In this document: positions 34,976-37,528 of the stretch, in pieces
Position numbering within the stretch: position 1 is the first letter of the stretch
How the letters are laid out: each line of letters begins with the position of its first letter
From: Nemertoderma westbladi
Taxonomy: Eukaryota; Animalia; Xenacoelomorpha
Direction of reading: 5' to 3'
Assembly: GCA_032718475.1 (NCBI GenBank)
Contig: JAUCBJ010005400.1
Location: 1-37,528, forward strand
Length of the DNA stretch: 37,528 nucleotides
Notes under the pieces: model-generated
The model's input: the letters and a program-made list of their open reading frames with translations, nothing else
Database searches by the model: none
Told to the model about the DNA's origin: nothing
Made by a program: the position numbers and the translations under genes

Positions 34976-35883
34976 ATGCCAGGTCCCAAACGAAGAAAGA
35001 AAAAGGACTTATATCCATGCCAGGTATGTCGTCAAAATCAGTACAGTACATACAGTATAGTGTATGTACACCCTACAGTAAACATTTACCGATAAAGTAT
35101 ACTACTGTAGACTAATTAATAGCAAATAGGGAATCGGGTTAAATTTATCCAAAATAAATAGTTCTTGCCGTCACAGATAGGATATGATTTTACATTGTTT
35201 TACAGTACTTTAGTTAGTACTATTTCACTTGATTGCTTAGGCCGACTTATTTAATTTCCATATATATTTTTATAATAATACTTTTAAATAAGTTGTACAT
35301 GTATTGGTTGTGCTATTTATTCCGTTAAAGAACAGTTCTACCGTTGCCCAGGGATAAATTCTTCGGGGTCCGGGGGCAATTGTCTGGTGGACAATTGTCT
35401 GGTGGGCAGTTGTCCAGGGGGGAAATTTTCCTCGGGGTGGGGGGGGGGGGGGGGAAATGTCAGTTCCTTTTATTCGTATCTACCGGTCAGGCTCATGCGG
35501 CAGCAAGAATTGTCTAGTTGCTTCGAGGATGGTTTCCTAACAGATAAGCGTACCAGTTCTGATGAGATGACAAAGATTATCATATTCCAGGTCCCGTATA
35601 GGCACTTGAAGTTATAGTGTTCTACAGTTCTAACGGTACATACTGTAGGTCTACATGTATTAGTATTTAAACACTAATTTTTAATTAACACTACTAATAA
35701 AGAACTCGTTTTGTTTGTAGGTTTGCAATAGCGAGTGCAAAGTCGGGGTGGAGAGTATGTGTGACAATTGTGAAAGCTGGACACACGCCAAATGTATCAA
35801 CAACATGAGTCCTTGGCTGTTTAGCCAATGGGGAGAGCAGTGAATGATATTCCTATGCAAAGGCTGCACACACAGCGCTTGTG
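34976..35883 (+). pseudogene. Spliced NLS + PHD finger (exon 34976-35023, intron 35024-35720, exon 35721-about 35883), frameshifted
   Basis: CAG/GTATGT donor and TTTGTAG acceptor in phase 0 give MPGPKRRKKKDLYPCQ|VCNSECKVGVESMCDNCESWTHAKCINNMSPWLFSQWESSE*. IFLCKGC follows in a shifted frame and completes the C4-H-C3 pattern. Confidence 0.78.
35340..35462 (+). repeat. G-rich ~15-bp tandem repeat (GGGCAATTGTCTGGT-like) plus a G run; probable MITE subterminal fragment inside the intron
   Basis: gggcaattgtctggt ggacaattgtctggt gggcagttgtccagg ... followed by a long G homopolymer. Confidence 0.55.
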
Positions 35884-35957
35884 GTAACTATGACGTAAAA
35901 AGGGCACTTAAAAGGTTAGTCATAACTGAGTGACTAACTATAGGTAAAGGGGATATA

Positions 35958-36146
35958 CCCAGTGAATAAAAAGCATTCGTAACGCAGTCGCAAATGTATA
36001 ATACGAATATTATACGCATTCGTGAAATCATTTGTAGTGACGAACCATTGAGTAAGGCTTCACGAAACTTAGAAAAAATTTAACGTACCTTTTACGAATG
36101 CTCCAGGTGGCACGAATGCGTTACGCATGGGGGATTTTTTACTGGA
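35958..36146. mobile_element. About 190-bp MITE with imperfect TIRs, flanked by TA
   Basis: TA|CCCAGT...CGTAACGCAGTCG on the left and CGAATGCGTTACG...ACTGGA|TA on the right, with repeated internal ATTCGT/ACGAAT motifs. CCCAG ends with a 2-bp TSD resemble animal EnSpm/CMC-type elements. Confidence 0.55.
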
Positions 36147-36585
36147 TATAAAATGTGTAACTTTTTACGGAGGGAATGAACTGTTTTTACGCATACTACA
36201 TAGTATATAATTTTAATGTTTAATTTAACATTTAATTGTCAAGACCAAATAATTTTATTTTAATAAACACTTTCAGTTATCCTGTTTCCACTTCCGTTCA
36301 GTTATCCACTTCCAGTTTCGAATAAAATTATCAAAAAAAAATAAATAAAAAATTATAAAAATTTCGATTCAAATTATCGCCAGTATTTTTGTGTCATACA
36401 GTATAGATTGTGTAAAATGTGTCATATACAGTATATTCTGGTATATGGCAGTCTGCGTGTAGGCCTATACGAGCAATATATACAGTATGACACATTACAC
36501 AATGAGTGTTAGATTATACAGTAATTCTTGTAGAAAATAGTAGATTATTATTACAGTTATACTGCACACTATATTTTACTTGCAG

Positions 36586-36962
36586 GATGAAGTTAGCATA
36601 TACAACGACATCTAACGAACCATGTGATGGAATCAATTAACAGCGAAGTAAAGATGAGAATGAAGAACATTCGTCGTGCAATATATGGAACTGGTAATTA
36701 CCGTATTGATGACCGCATGAAGGCGAAATTTGAGTACACTCAAATGCAGTGGTCGAAGACCCCTGAAAACGAAAGGAATAATATTTACGCACAGTTTTTA
36801 AAGAAAAAACTCAGAACATTTTTTCATTCTGAGGCGAGAGTTCGTGTGCCTGGAAAAGAAAAGACCGTCCTTATAAAGTCGCCCATTTGCAGAAAATCTG
36901 CAAAAAAACCAAAACAAAGAAAGTTAAAAAAAACCATCGCGAAAATAAACTACTACCTTTAA
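36586..36962 (+). pseudogene. MULE-like transposase C-terminal fragment
   Basis: Follows a TTGCAG acceptor. ESINSEVK resembles the T.N..ES.N..K motif carrying the catalytic Glu. RRAIYGTGNYRI...QWSKTPENER...F and a basic tail follow. The central DD region is missing. Confidence 0.55.
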
Positions 36963-37528
36963 ACACCTTGAATTATATAAATAATAATTACCAAAACAGA
37001 GTTAGAACTTAAACTTCAGACTGTAAATTTTAACTAGAAAATTTAAACTTTCATACTTACTGTAAGAGAAAACGATACTTATTTGGCATTGACTCCTGTA
37101 TACTGTATAAATAACTTTGTTCAAGTTATCCAGAATTTATTTGTCGCTGATGTTGTGCAATTTATATTTTATTCTTGAAATAAATTGTGAATTTCAAATT
37201 AATTTTCTCTAACTATTTCGTGTAAAATTATTAGTACATATGTCCCGCCCGTATGCATATTACCAATTGGGGTGTCGTTTCAGCCTATTTTAACATATTA
37301 ACTTAATTTAGAAAATATTTAATTTCGATTTTCACTATTTAGGTACCTTTTAAAGGAAAGTAGCAGTTTATAATGGCAGGCTTTTCTAACCAAAACAATA
37401 AACTAAATTTAGGAACACAGTTTACAGTAAAATTTATACTTCTAGACACTAATTGTTCAATATTAATTTAACATTGACACAACGAGAAGGCTGAAACGAC
37501 ACCCTAATTGACAATTTGCGTCCCATAT

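Larger units (their letters stand above)
33893..37525 (+). mobile_element. Defective MULE/MuDR-like DNA transposon with long TIRs (left TIR apparently truncated)
   Basis: 33893-34040 is the reverse complement of 37201-37366 apart from small indels. The interior carries PHD-finger exons and a transposase-like C-terminal fragment. A third copy of the core AGGCTGAAACGACACC..AATTG at 37488-37510 suggests the right TIR extends to about 37525. Confidence 0.65.

Noticed and set aside
35416-35455. G-quadruplex-capable G runs
   Set aside because: They lie within a repeat fragment, homopolymer length is error-prone, and nothing indicates function.

Overview
AT-rich eukaryotic DNA, most likely from an invertebrate animal; nothing here looks prokaryotic. 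From left to right: (1) The 5' part of a minus-strand LTR retrotransposon, probably BEL/Pao-like (1-2728). Its Gag-like ORF runs off the left edge, a 63-aa upstream ORF overlaps the Gag start as ATGA, and its putative LTR carries an array of RNA-structure modules (five kink-turn hairpins, four of them UUCG-capped, and three GAAA hairpins, with one compensatory base-pair change between copies). (2) A 20.7-kb satellite made of two related monomers (41+36 = 77 bp) with nested higher-order duplications; the retrotransposon abuts it exactly at a monomer boundary. (3) One intact single-exon SV2-like MFS transporter gene. (4) About 11 kb of nested, decayed transposons (Harbinger, LINE RT, CRE-like endonuclease, PHD-finger MULE with long TIRs, MITEs) and simple repeats. 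A TAC(A/T)GTA heptamer matching the Tc1/mariner excision footprint is strongly over-represented. It appears as a TA-to-TACTGTA insertion in two paralogous comparisons and seems to be built into the satellite monomer. All family assignments come from motif recognition by eye, without database searches.
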